NCBI GenBank assembly: GCA_003660975.1
Contig: QMVG01000002.1
Coordinates: 7,996 to 71,995, forward strand
Reading direction: 5' to 3'
DNA length: 64,000 bases
Origin: Candidatus Micrarchaeota archaeon
GTDB taxonomy: Archaea; B1Sed10-29; B47-G15
Position 1 is the stretch's first letter. The number at the start of each line of letters is the position of its first letter. Below are positions 55,482 to 64,000 of the stretch, one piece after another. Position numbers and translations under genes: made by a program. Under the pieces are notes generated by a model. It was given only the letters and a program-made list of their open reading frames with translations. It did no database searches and was not told where the DNA came from.

Positions 55482-55876
55482 GGGGTCAGCTGAGCCTTGA
55501 AATGTTATTGCTGATGTCTGCAATGATGGGAGCGTTAGCAGTTATCCTGCCTTTATATAACTCACTATTTTCTGCTTCCAACACCGTTCTTGAAAAACAA
55601 GGGGCTCTGGAAATGGCAAGGAGCTTTAAACATTTATGCTCAATGCTTGATGTTATGGGGAAGGAGTCCTCGGCTAACTTTCTTTTTAATTCTCCATGCG
55701 ATTATGAGATTAGGAAAAAAGAGAATTCAGCAGAAATCAGCTTTGGAGAAGGAAGTATCAGCTTTGAGCTGGAGGAAAACTGTGAGCTGCCAACCATGGT
55801 TGGAAGGGGCAAGCACAATTTTTTTGTTAAGAAAGAGGGGAGCAAGGTTATTGTTTATGACAGACAAGCAGGTTAA
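55478..55876 (+). CDS. Class III signal peptide (pilin-like) protein
   Basis: MRGQLSLEMLLLMSAMMGALAVILPLY N-terminus. 132 aa. Confidence 0.55.
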   Translation: MRGQLSLEMLLLMSAMMGALAVILPLYNSLFSASNTVLEKQGALEMARSFKHLCSMLDVMGKESSANFLFNSPCDYEIRKKENSAEISFGEGSISFELEENCELPTMVGRGKHNFFVKKEGSKVIVYDRQAG

Positions 55877-56153
55877 AGCTCCCATCAATCTTTTTTCTTG
55901 AGAAGCTGATGCCTGTCTCGCAGTCCTCATCAAATGCCACAGAGACACCAACATGATTCATCAGCTTTTTTACGCAGCTTTTGCTTAACTCAGCTTTGAG
56001 GTTGCAGACCTCTATCGCATCTTGCGTCATTTGGAACAAGATTTCATTGTTTAGGTCAGGGAGTGGCTGCCTTGACATAATCATAACAGACAATATGACC
56101 ATAACTAAGAAAAATGCCAGCAAAGCGTCTGTTGTGAACAGAAAAGCTTTCAT
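55848..56153 (-). CDS. Pilin-like protein
   Basis: MKAFLFTTDALLAFFLVMVILSVMIM N-terminus. Start placed at the internal Met. The track ORF begins 30 nt upstream at 56183. Confidence 0.4.
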   Translation of the reverse strand: MKAFLFTTDALLAFFLVMVILSVMIMSRQPLPDLNNEILFQMTQDAIEVCNLKAELSKSCVKKLMNHVGVSVAFDEDCETGISFSRKKIDGSFNLLVCHKQ

Positions 56154-56596
56154 TCGCATTTGCCCCACAGCTCCACTACACATTCTTTATTTCCACATAG
56201 CGCGAACCTTCTTAGCGCCAGCCCCTCCTTTTTTCCAGCTGAGAAAAGCTCACGCCCATTTATCTCATAAATAAACAGACCCCAATGCCTCGGCAGTGCC
56301 AGTTCCCTGCCCAAATCGTCATGTTTTTTAAGCATTTCAATGCTTTTTTTGGATAACTGGTGGTGTTTTACGTTATTGGCCATTTTTACAGCAAGACCTA
56401 TGCCATTGTCCTCAGATGATGTGGAGATTAGCAGCTCTGAGGCATCTATCAGCGCCCTCTGGCTTTCGAAACAATTATATGATTGTTTTATAGATGCATA
56501 TCTTTGCGTAATGAATATTTGGAATAGAGAAATGGACAGGATTAAGACAAAGAAAGCAATTAACACATCACTTAGGAATATCTGGGCCTTTCGCAT
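56150..56596 (-). CDS. Class III signal peptide (pilin-like) protein
   Basis: MRKAQIFLSDVLIAFFVLILSISLF N-terminus. 148 aa. Confidence 0.55.
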   Translation of the reverse strand: MRKAQIFLSDVLIAFFVLILSISLFQIFITQRYASIKQSYNCFESQRALIDASELLISTSSEDNGIGLAVKMANNVKHHQLSKKSIEMLKKHDDLGRELALPRHWGLFIYEINGRELFSAGKKEGLALRRFALCGNKECVVELWGKCE

Positions 56597-56865
56597 CCTA
56601 ACACCTTTTTTGATAGCATGTCTTTCCCCAACTTTAGATATATCTTATCACCTTGCTTGCCAGCGTAGGCAAAATGAAAATCGCTGTCAAATAAGAGCCT
56701 ATTGCAGGCAGAGGCGTAGTAGCTCAACTCTGCCTCTTTTTTAAGCTTTGACAGGCCTGAAGCCAGCATAGTGTTGCTTTTCTCAGCTGTGAATATTATC
56801 ATTGAGATAACGCTCGCTATTAATGCCACAGAAATTATAAACTCAAGGCTAAGCTGCCCTTTCAA
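56572..56865 (-). CDS. Class III signal peptide (pilin-like) protein
   Basis: MKGQLSLEFIISVALIASVISMIIF N-terminus. 97 aa. Confidence 0.55.
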   Translation of the reverse strand: MKGQLSLEFIISVALIASVISMIIFTAEKSNTMLASGLSKLKKEAELSYYASACNRLLFDSDFHFAYAGKQGDKIYLKLGKDMLSKKVLGCERPRYS

Positions 56866-57451
56866 GCACTTCCCCTCCCCTTATGATTAGGTGAACCGTT
56901 TTACCTCCTATCTTCTTCTCAGCAACAAAGGCTGGTTCAGGCATCTTCATTTCGGATTTTAGCCTGCTGGCCACTTCATTGAGAATTCCCCTGACCTCTT
57001 TTATTGACTTTAAGTATGCAGGGCAAGCAGTGATATCCAAGAGAGGCGGACACTTTTCGCTGATTTCAACATTGTTGTTGTTAAAACCTATGAAGAGCAT
57101 GCACTGGGCATAACTCATTTTTTCGAAAGGCGGGACAAAGAAAAGGATATTAGCGCCATCAGTATACGCTATGCCTGTTTTTGCATCCAGACCAGAAGCC
57201 CACTCGTATATTTCATGACACAGCCGGACATCATCAATATACACATCACCAGTTCTCATTTCAAACGCTTCTTCAGCAATATCAAAAAAAGCGTCTTCTA
57301 TTTCATACCTAAACTCATCAAAGGCCAGCCTTTCGTTTATGTTTTCCTTTACCTGCCACATCGCCTCACTGATTCCTTCTTCCTGCTCTAAATAGAGCAG
57401 CACAAATGGGCTTATTACAATAAGCAGTGATATGCTTAGGAAGGCTCTCAT
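56849..57451 (-). CDS. Secreted or pilus-associated hypothetical protein (first gene of minus-strand pilin operon)
   Basis: N-terminal hydrophobic helix (MRAFLSISLLIVISPFVLLYL) followed by an acidic soluble domain. 200 aa. Confidence 0.4.
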   Translation of the reverse strand: MRAFLSISLLIVISPFVLLYLEQEEGISEAMWQVKENINERLAFDEFRYEIEDAFFDIAEEAFEMRTGDVYIDDVRLCHEIYEWASGLDAKTGIAYTDGANILFFVPPFEKMSYAQCMLFIGFNNNNVEISEKCPPLLDITACPAYLKSIKEVRGILNEVASRLKSEMKMPEPAFVAEKKIGGKTVHLIIRGGEVLERAA

Positions 57452-57554
57452 CTCTCTTAATCCTGTCCTGTCCTCATTTATCTGTTTTGCTACCTTTAAC
57501 AGTTAAACTAAGTTAATCGTTATTTTAAAATACCTATAACGTCCAAAAATACAC

Positions 57555-58202
57555 ATGGCAATTTTTAAGAAGAGCAAGTTAGCTACGAAGGACATACAGT
57601 CTCTTGTTCTTGAAATGATTACAAAGGCAAAGCCAAAGGAAGAGGTAATTCAGACGCTGACAGCATCAGGTCTGTCTGGTGAAGAAGCCGAAATGATTTA
57701 TGAATCTGCCAAAAAAGAGTACGAAAAGCTGCTGAAGTCAGAGATAGGCAAAGCAATACAAAAAGCGGCTGATGAAAGAAAGCAGGAGATTATAAGGCAA
57801 TTGGAGGAAGAGATGGCAGCAATGGAAAAAGAGCTTAAAACACACCTGGACCTTGAAGCTATGAAGGAGAAACAGGAGCTCAACAAAAAACTTGAACATG
57901 TGGATGCAGAGGTTGGTGCCTTAAAGTCAGAGCTTTTTTCAGTCAAGATGGATACAAAGAAAAAAATCAGTGAATTGGAAAGTGAAGTAGAGACAGTGCG
58001 CCTGAAAGGCTTTATAAAAATCCTGCTTTCCATTGTTACTATCTTAGCATCCATTGTTATGGCCCTCTTCTCAGTCACTAATATATATAAGGTTTTAGCC
58101 AATATGGAAGGAGATGTTCTACTGCCAATCGTGCTTTATTTGGTTGTTTTCATAGGCGCAGTTATGTTTACTTGGCTTGGGGTTAAGGTCTACAGAGCAT
58201 AG
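57555..58202 (+). CDS. Coiled-coil protein with C-terminal double TM anchor
   Basis: About 150 aa of K/E-rich heptad-like sequence, then two hydrophobic helices (IKILLSIVTILASIVMALF; LLPIVLYLVVFIGAVMFTWLGV). Confidence 0.4.
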   Translation: MAIFKKSKLATKDIQSLVLEMITKAKPKEEVIQTLTASGLSGEEAEMIYESAKKEYEKLLKSEIGKAIQKAADERKQEIIRQLEEEMAAMEKELKTHLDLEAMKEKQELNKKLEHVDAEVGALKSELFSVKMDTKKKISELESEVETVRLKGFIKILLSIVTILASIVMALFSVTNIYKVLANMEGDVLLPIVLYLVVFIGAVMFTWLGVKVYRA

Positions 58203-58210
58203 GAGATTTT

Positions 58211-58924
58211 ATGGCAGCAAAAGACGATATTTTATTTGAAGAGCTAGTCCAAAAGAAGAATAACTTAAGAAAAAAGCTTAGAGACATCAAAAAGAAAGTA
58301 GTTGACTTAAAGAAAAAGAGAGATGAGAAGAACAAGACAGTAGCGGAGAACAAAGAGAAAAGGAAGAAAGCGACAGCTAAAATAATAGCAATAAAAGCAG
58401 AGCTAGATGTCTTGAACAAAAAAATGAAGGACGCTCCTGAAAAAGCGTATGCTCTGCTTAAAAAGGAATATGACAGGCTTAATTGGAGATATCAAACAGA
58501 GGTATTTAGCAGGAAGAGAGAGGAAGCCATTGTAAAGAGATTGGACGAATTAGAGCTTGAGATGGAGAGGGCTAGGGAATATGAGGAGCTAAGGAGGAGG
58601 TACAAAAAACTCATTAGGCAAATGAAAGCTCTGAAAGAGGATGCAAAGACATACCATGAAATAGTGATTCAGAACGCTGCTGAGAGCGAGGCTTACCACA
58701 GAGAGCTTGTTAAGTTATATGACTGCATGGACGAGCTGAAGAAGGAGCTTTCTTCTGTTGAAAAGCAATTGAAAGAGGAGTTTCCAGAAGCAAAAAGCAT
58801 TGTGAGGAAAAGCCAGAAAAGGGAGATGAAGCAGAAGGCGACTCAAATACTTGAAGAGTTCAAAAAAGGCAAGAAAAAAATAACCACAGAGGATTTGGCC
58901 GTGCTCCAGCAACATTTGGTCTAA
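58211..58924 (+). CDS. Coiled-coil protein (archaeal uncharacterised coiled-coil family)
   Basis: 237 aa, strongly K/E/R-rich with heptad periodicity throughout. No catalytic motif. Confidence 0.4.
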   Translation: MAAKDDILFEELVQKKNNLRKKLRDIKKKVVDLKKKRDEKNKTVAENKEKRKKATAKIIAIKAELDVLNKKMKDAPEKAYALLKKEYDRLNWRYQTEVFSRKREEAIVKRLDELELEMERAREYEELRRRYKKLIRQMKALKEDAKTYHEIVIQNAAESEAYHRELVKLYDCMDELKKELSSVEKQLKEEFPEAKSIVRKSQKREMKQKATQILEEFKKGKKKITTEDLAVLQQHLV

Positions 58925-58975
58925 TTCAGGCAAAGCTTTTTAATCTATTCTGCTTTTTATTATCTTGGTGTAGCT

Positions 58976-59242
58976 ATGCCAGAGGACAAACCTTCTGATG
59001 AGGAAATGGCCTTTAAGTTGGTCAGCTTGTATGTCAGTGAAATTTCAAGGAAGGGAGAAAAAAGACAGATGGGTTTGGACACCATAATAAACGCTTACTT
59101 TTACACTCTCCTGCGGTTGAAGAAGAAAAGAAAGGAGATGGAATATATAGAACCAGCTGTTAAGAGGGAAGAGGAGGAATTGGCGAGCTCATTGGACGAA
59201 CTTCCGATACCACAAATGGACGACCAGTTTAATTTTGACTAA
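58976..59242 (+). CDS. Hypothetical small acidic protein
   Basis: 88-aa ORF with an acidic C-terminus (DELPIPQMDDQFNFD). Confidence 0.3.
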   Translation: MPEDKPSDEEMAFKLVSLYVSEISRKGEKRQMGLDTIINAYFYTLLRLKKKRKEMEYIEPAVKREEEELASSLDELPIPQMDDQFNFD

Positions 59243-60387
59243 TGCCTTGTGAGTATCTGTATCACATCTCCGTCTGAGAGGCGATGCTCCCTTCCTATCT
59301 TCATCTTTTTCTTGCAGTCAAAGGCAGCTATGAACTTTTCCCCTATATCTGAATGTATCTTATAAGCGAGGTCTATGGCAGTGCTGCCTCTTTCCATTAG
59401 GTAAGCATCAGGAAGCACATTGCCTTTTTTGTCTGAAAAGTGATTTCTATCTTCCACAGGGTATACAACAATGTAGCCCAGGCTTTCAAAAACTACCTTA
59501 TTTAAGACCTGTTGCACTCCGGTGCTACCGTAAACATCCAATATCTTTTCCTTTATGAATTCAAGCGCTTTTTTCTGTTTTCCAGATACTTCTTTCAGGT
59601 ATTCAAAGCCAGAAGCTCCTGGCACATATCTTATTAATCCATCTGCATTGGCCCTTCTCAAAGCAAGCTCTGCCTCAGCGCAGACAGGTATTATATCATA
59701 CTTTTTCTTTAGCCGTTTAAAGTTTTCCTGTGCAGATGGCAAATCTATTTTATTGCCTGCAAGCACAATGGGCTTATTTTTTTCTCTTATCCTTCTGGCA
59801 AGCTCATATAAGCCTTCATAACCTTCTTCCACAATTTCCCTGATAAGCTCTTCTTTCATGCCCAATCCTGAGAGCTGTTTGTACAACAGCTCATATAGCT
59901 TAAAACCCATTTTGCTCTTTCTCTCAATTTCCTTCCACTTCTTCTCAAGCATGCCCTCTATCCAAAAGTCAATTTCTTTCTCCAAAAATTCAATGTCTTT
60001 TTCAGGGTCATATCCCTCACAAGCCTCTCCCTTTTCATTGGTCATTCCAGACAAATCAAGCACATGTATCAGAGCACTGGCTTCCATCAGGTCAGAGAGA
60101 AATTGATTTCCAAGCCCTTTGCCCAAATGCGCGTCAGGAACCAGACCAGCCACATCAACGAGAGTAATTGGAATAAAGCGCATCCCATTCTCACATTTGC
60201 CATTTTTCGGCTTGCATTTTACATTGAGCTCTCTATCCACACAGGGTTTTGAAACATACGACACGCCCACATTTGGTTTTATCGTAGTAAAAGGATACGC
60301 TGCCCTTGGCACATCTACCAGCGTAGCTGCTGAGAAAAAAGTACTTTTTCCCGAAGAGGGCTTGCCAACTATGCCTACTTTAAGCAT
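59239..60387 (-). CDS. Obg-like GTPase/ATPase (YchF/OLA1-type) with C-terminal TGS domain
   Basis: G1 GIVGKPSSGKSTFF and the YPFTTIKPNVG switch region. C-terminal TGS-like (GREHRLSDGDVIQILTRH). 382 aa. Confidence 0.65.
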   Translation of the reverse strand: MLKVGIVGKPSSGKSTFFSAATLVDVPRAAYPFTTIKPNVGVSYVSKPCVDRELNVKCKPKNGKCENGMRFIPITLVDVAGLVPDAHLGKGLGNQFLSDLMEASALIHVLDLSGMTNEKGEACEGYDPEKDIEFLEKEIDFWIEGMLEKKWKEIERKSKMGFKLYELLYKQLSGLGMKEELIREIVEEGYEGLYELARRIREKNKPIVLAGNKIDLPSAQENFKRLKKKYDIIPVCAEAELALRRANADGLIRYVPGASGFEYLKEVSGKQKKALEFIKEKILDVYGSTGVQQVLNKVVFESLGYIVVYPVEDRNHFSDKKGNVLPDAYLMERGSTAIDLAYKIHSDIGEKFIAAFDCKKKMKIGREHRLSDGDVIQILTRH

Positions 60388-60457
60388 GAAAATCTTCTGT
60401 TTTTTTCCTTATTAAAGCCTAACTAATTATAAAAAATAAGCGCCATAATATCTGCTA

Positions 60458-61717
60458 ATGTGGGTAGAAAAGTACAGGCCTAAGAACCTAGATGATGTGA
60501 TAGGTTATCCTTCTGTAGTGGAAAAGCTCAGAATATGGGCAGACAACTGGGAAAAGGGCAGGCCCCAAAAAGCTCTTTTGTTCTCAGGCAGGCCAGGCAT
60601 AGGAAAGACAGCAATAGCACTAGCCCTGGCATCCGAATATAACTGGGAAGTGCTTGAGATGAATGCTTCTGATATAAGGGATAAGAAAAGTATAGAAAGG
60701 ATTGCTGGTCTTGCCTCTGTTTCAAGAACCTTTTCAGGCAATTTGAGGCTGCTTCTTTTTGACGAGATTGACGGTCTCTATGCTGCTGACAGGGGAGGAG
60801 CCTCTGCTGTGCTTAACATAATAAAGACAGCGAAGTGCCCTGTTATTTTAACAGCGAACAATGCATGGGACAGGAAGATTGCTAATTTGAGACCTGCTGT
60901 TGAGATTATAAGTTTCAAAAAAATCCACCACAGTTCTATAAAAAAGCTGCTCCAAAAGATAGTTAAAAAAGAAGGCCTTAACATACCAGACACGGTTATT
61001 TCATTTATTGCAGAAAATGCAGAAGGGGACGTGCGCTCTGCAATAAATGACTTGGAGAGCATTGCATTCTCAAAGCACTTTGACAAGGAAGTTCTTGAGA
61101 GCATCGCGAAGAGAAACAGGCAAGAGGACATATTCAATGCTATGAAAAAAATCCTGAAAGAAAAGAACTACTTTGAGAGCATATCAGTTGTTGATGAGCT
61201 TTCTGAAGACCCCTCCATGCTCATGGCGTGGATAGAGGAAAACATTCCAGCAGAGTACAAGAGAGCAGAAGACCTGTTTAGAGCTTTTGATATACTCTCT
61301 CGTGCAGACCTCTTTTTTGGGAGGACATTGAGCAGGCAGGATTACTCTTTATGGAGGTATGCAATTACACTTATGACAGCTGGCGTTAGCTATGCAAAAA
61401 AAGAAAAATACCCTGGCTTTACCAGATACAATTTCCCAAAGAAGATCTCTTATTTGTCAGCCAGTAAAAAGCAGAGGAACATCCTAAAAAGCATTGCCCT
61501 GAAAGTAGCTAAGCGCTGCCACCTGTCATCAAAAAAGGTTATTTTAGAATACATGCCTCTGATAAAAGTTCTAGCAAAAAAAGAGGCAGTAAAGGTGGCT
61601 GCCCAGTTTGAGCTTTCAGATGAAGAGTTGAGTTATCTCGGTGTTAAAGACAGCAAAAAAGTTGTTAAGGAAGCAAATGCATTAAGGGAGGAATATATTA
61701 AAAAACTAGTCGCCTAG
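60458..61717 (+). CDS. rfcL: Replication factor C large subunit
   Basis: MWVEKYRPKNLDDVIG, Walker A GRPGIGKTAIALALA, Walker B LLLFDEIDG, and a C-terminal extension typical of the archaeal RFC large subunit. 419 aa. Confidence 0.8.
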   Translation: MWVEKYRPKNLDDVIGYPSVVEKLRIWADNWEKGRPQKALLFSGRPGIGKTAIALALASEYNWEVLEMNASDIRDKKSIERIAGLASVSRTFSGNLRLLLFDEIDGLYAADRGGASAVLNIIKTAKCPVILTANNAWDRKIANLRPAVEIISFKKIHHSSIKKLLQKIVKKEGLNIPDTVISFIAENAEGDVRSAINDLESIAFSKHFDKEVLESIAKRNRQEDIFNAMKKILKEKNYFESISVVDELSEDPSMLMAWIEENIPAEYKRAEDLFRAFDILSRADLFFGRTLSRQDYSLWRYAITLMTAGVSYAKKEKYPGFTRYNFPKKISYLSASKKQRNILKSIALKVAKRCHLSSKKVILEYMPLIKVLAKKEAVKVAAQFELSDEELSYLGVKDSKKVVKEANALREEYIKKLVA

Positions 61718-63340
61718 TGGCTTTATATCTATTTCCAACGCAGACACTGGAAGCTCTATGTCAAAGTTGTTTAGCACAAGCGGATGAATCTCTCCCATGA
61801 CACCTATTTTCTTTCCATCCAGAAGGATGGCAGCGCACCTTCCTCCTATGAAAGCAGGGTCTTTTTCTTCAACCACGTCTATCTTTTTTCCACACTCTCT
61901 TGCTACTGCCTCTGCCACTGCTTTTATTGATGAGAAATCAGCATTTTTGTGGCACAGGGCAACTGCAAGATGCAATTCCTCTCTTGCCTTGTTTTCGCTT
62001 TTCTCATCTGGGAAAACAACACGGCCTATCTCAAAAATGTTCTGTGGGTATTCATAATGCTTGTTTTCCGAAAGCACTTTCATAAGCCCTGGCAGCAGAG
62101 AGTTCCTGATAATATTGTAGTTTTCGTTCTTGGCATTGGCCAATTCAATATATTTTTCTGCTTTTCTGTTCATCTTTTTGAACTCTTCGTCTACATTTGT
62201 TAGGTGGTAATTGTAACACTCTAAGAAGGAAAAGCCAACACAGACCTCTGCAATCTTTCTGGCTAATATCTCTTCATAGCTTTCTTCCCCCATTGTGTAA
62301 ACATTTGGGATTTCTTCTTTAAAGTTGTCATATCCATAAGCAATTGAAATGTCATTTATGAGGTCAACAGGATGCAATATGTCTGTTCTATATGCAGGAT
62401 AAAGGACCTCCAAAACATCGCCCTTTACTCTTGCCTCATGCCCCATCATTGCCAGCAGTTTTGCCATTTCACTGCCAGAAAGCTTTAGACCAAGCCTCCT
62501 GTTCGCGTCAGCTATATCAACCTCCATGCTCAGTGGCTCTAGTTTAGGATAAGAAATTTCGTTAACCTTAACCTCATATATCTCTCCACCCATATCAGCC
62601 AACTGTGCAACAACAATATTTAATGTCTGCTCCACCGTTTGCTTATGCGTGCCAGTTACATCAATGAAAACATTTTTTGTTTTTTCTGTCACAGCTGTTT
62701 CTGCGCTGTTTATTATTGGTGGTAATGACAAAACCTGTTTCTTGCTGTCTATCCATATAGGGTATTTTGGACCAGCTAGCAGGTGCCCGTATGCTTTTCC
62801 TTTGGGGTGCTCTTCAAGAATTTGCTTAACAGTCATCTCATTATCATAACCCAGGGGCCTAAACTTGAAGCTGCTGTCAACAGCCTTATATGTCAGCGGA
62901 AAAGTTATTGTGTCAAGGTCATACAGGCCTATGCTGGCTTTCTTCCTGTTTCTGCACTGGGTTGTATGCAACTTCTCTTGCATCTGCATTAAGCTTTTGA
63001 CAGTATAGTCATCAACCTCTATGCCTTTTACTACTGCATTGGCCACGAACGGTCTTATCTTAACAGCGTCTTTCTCTAATATTGACTTATAATCTGATTT
63101 TTTTACTGCGTACCTTCTCAGCCCTGTTCTTATGCCCAAAAAAGATGAAAGCGCTCTGGCAAAGCCTTCCTCTGAAAGCATGTCAGGTCTGTTTGGAAAT
63201 ATCTCAACGTCTATCTCTGCGTCAGTCACGGCGCTGAGGTCTGTTCCTAACATAGGTATTTTCTCTATAAGCTCCTTATCACTAATTTCTTTTCCAAGGT
63301 AGTCAAGCACCTTTCTTTTGTTTAATATTATGTTCGGCAT
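61706..63340 (-). CDS. pheT: Phenylalanyl-tRNA synthetase beta subunit (archaeal)
   Basis: 544 aa. An N-terminal B3/B4-like region and a C-terminal B5 plus class II-like domain. Sits adjacent to pheS. Confidence 0.8.
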   Translation of the reverse strand: MPNIILNKRKVLDYLGKEISDKELIEKIPMLGTDLSAVTDAEIDVEIFPNRPDMLSEEGFARALSSFLGIRTGLRRYAVKKSDYKSILEKDAVKIRPFVANAVVKGIEVDDYTVKSLMQMQEKLHTTQCRNRKKASIGLYDLDTITFPLTYKAVDSSFKFRPLGYDNEMTVKQILEEHPKGKAYGHLLAGPKYPIWIDSKKQVLSLPPIINSAETAVTEKTKNVFIDVTGTHKQTVEQTLNIVVAQLADMGGEIYEVKVNEISYPKLEPLSMEVDIADANRRLGLKLSGSEMAKLLAMMGHEARVKGDVLEVLYPAYRTDILHPVDLINDISIAYGYDNFKEEIPNVYTMGEESYEEILARKIAEVCVGFSFLECYNYHLTNVDEEFKKMNRKAEKYIELANAKNENYNIIRNSLLPGLMKVLSENKHYEYPQNIFEIGRVVFPDEKSENKAREELHLAVALCHKNADFSSIKAVAEAVARECGKKIDVVEEKDPAFIGGRCAAILLDGKKIGVMGEIHPLVLNNFDIELPVSALEIDIKPLGD

Positions 63341-63344
63341 GAAA

Positions 63345-64000
63345 TCAACCCATCAACCACTTTTTGCTTTGCCTCAATTTTTGGATGTCGTTTTTGTAAA
63401 GCTCTCTCAAGTCGTTTATCTTGTAGTAATCCATCATTATTCTGTCAAGACCAGGCCCCCACGCAAGCACAGGAATATCCTCTCCCAATAGAGGCACAAC
63501 CACTTCTGGCCTAAATATGCCTGCTCCTCCAAGCTCTATCCATTGTTTCTGAGCAGGGTGGAATATCTCCATCTCTGTGCTGAAATATGTATAAGGGAAA
63601 TAAGCAGGCCTAAATCTGGCTTTAAGCTTCATTTTTTTGAAGAACTGCTTCAGGTAGCCTAAAAGGTGTCTAAAATTGGCATTCTTATCAACAACTATAC
63701 CCTCAAATTGGTTGAACTCAAAGCTGTGACTCCAATCAACTGTTTCATTCCTAAAGCACCTACCTATGGCAAAGTACTTTGCAGGCAGGTCTTTTTTTAT
63801 GTCCAGAGACGCAAGTGTTATAGCACTTAGACAGGTAGTGTGTGTTCTCATGACAAGTTTTTTAGCTTCATCTGCACTCCATTTGTAATTCCACCCTTTT
63901 GAGCCATGTCCCCCTTCTTCGTGCATTCTTTTGACTCTCTCAACAAGCTCTTTTTTTGGAAGCTCTCCTTTTCCCTTTACATAAAAGGTATCCTGCATTT
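63345..64000 (-). CDS. pheS: Phenylalanyl-tRNA synthetase alpha subunit, C-terminal part (5' end beyond window)
   Basis: Class II motifs (FRPAYFPYTYFSTEMEIF; GAGIFRPEV; GPGLDRIMMDYYKINDLRELYKN). The ORF runs off the window end. Confidence 0.75.
   Translation of the reverse strand, partial: MQDTFYVKGKGELPKKELVERVKRMHEEGGHGSKGWNYKWSADEAKKLVMRTHTTCLSAITLASLDIKKDLPAKYFAIGRCFRNETVDWSHSFEFNQFEGIVVDKNANFRHLLGYLKQFFKKMKLKARFRPAYFPYTYFSTEMEIFHPAQKQWIELGGAGIFRPEVVVPLLGEDIPVLAWGPGLDRIMMDYYKINDLRELYKNDIQKLRQSKKWLMG

Noticed and set aside
59239-60387. Calling the GTPase a DRG-family protein
   Set aside because: The N-terminus starts directly with the G1 motif and lacks the DRG N-terminal helix-turn-helix extension. 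The YPFTT(I/L)xPN context fits YchF/OLA1 better. It is kept as Obg-like with TGS.

Overview
This is an archaeal chromosomal segment. It reads as AT-rich (roughly 40% GC by eye, not computed), and its proteins are lysine- and glutamate-rich, as in many uncultivated DPANN-like or euryarchaeal genomes. About two thirds of the window is densely packed information-processing genes: rpoK, rps17e, rad50, EF-1beta with its Zn-ribbon partner, the CCA-adding enzyme, gatD/gatE, ThrRS, ABCE1, pelota, RFC small and large subunits, topoisomerase IA, RadB, CDC48, PheS/PheT, and one tRNA. Two accessory regions stand out. Locus 1 (about 22.0 to 31.4 kb) is a large type IV pilus-like (Tad/archaeal class III signal peptide) locus. 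It holds a TrmB-type regulator, a VirB11/FlaI-family ATPase, a platform protein split by a single in-frame TGA into two T2SSF-domain halves, a PibD/FlaK-type prepilin peptidase, and an array of at least 11 class III signal peptide (pilin-like) genes. Locus 2 (about 55.1 to 57.5 kb) is a second convergent cluster of seven pilin-like genes. It shares a tiny (~55 aa) MDD(R/K)AQ(I/V)S minor-pilin signature with locus 1. A third, orphan paralogous ATPase at 6.3 to 7.8 kb carries a 41-nt tract identical to the locus-1 ATPase. Other unusual items: two tandem P-loop kinase-like paralogues (Walker A reads GKD) inserted between gatD and gatE; a Tes-like radical SAM enzyme with a rubredoxin-like N-terminus; an ATP-cone protein with no glycyl-radical tail; a large Ig-repeat surface protein with C-terminal CxCE cysteine repeats; and a membrane-anchored winged-helix protein. 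I saw no CRISPR array, rRNA or obvious mobile element. Every function here is inferred by eye from sequence motifs, with no database search.
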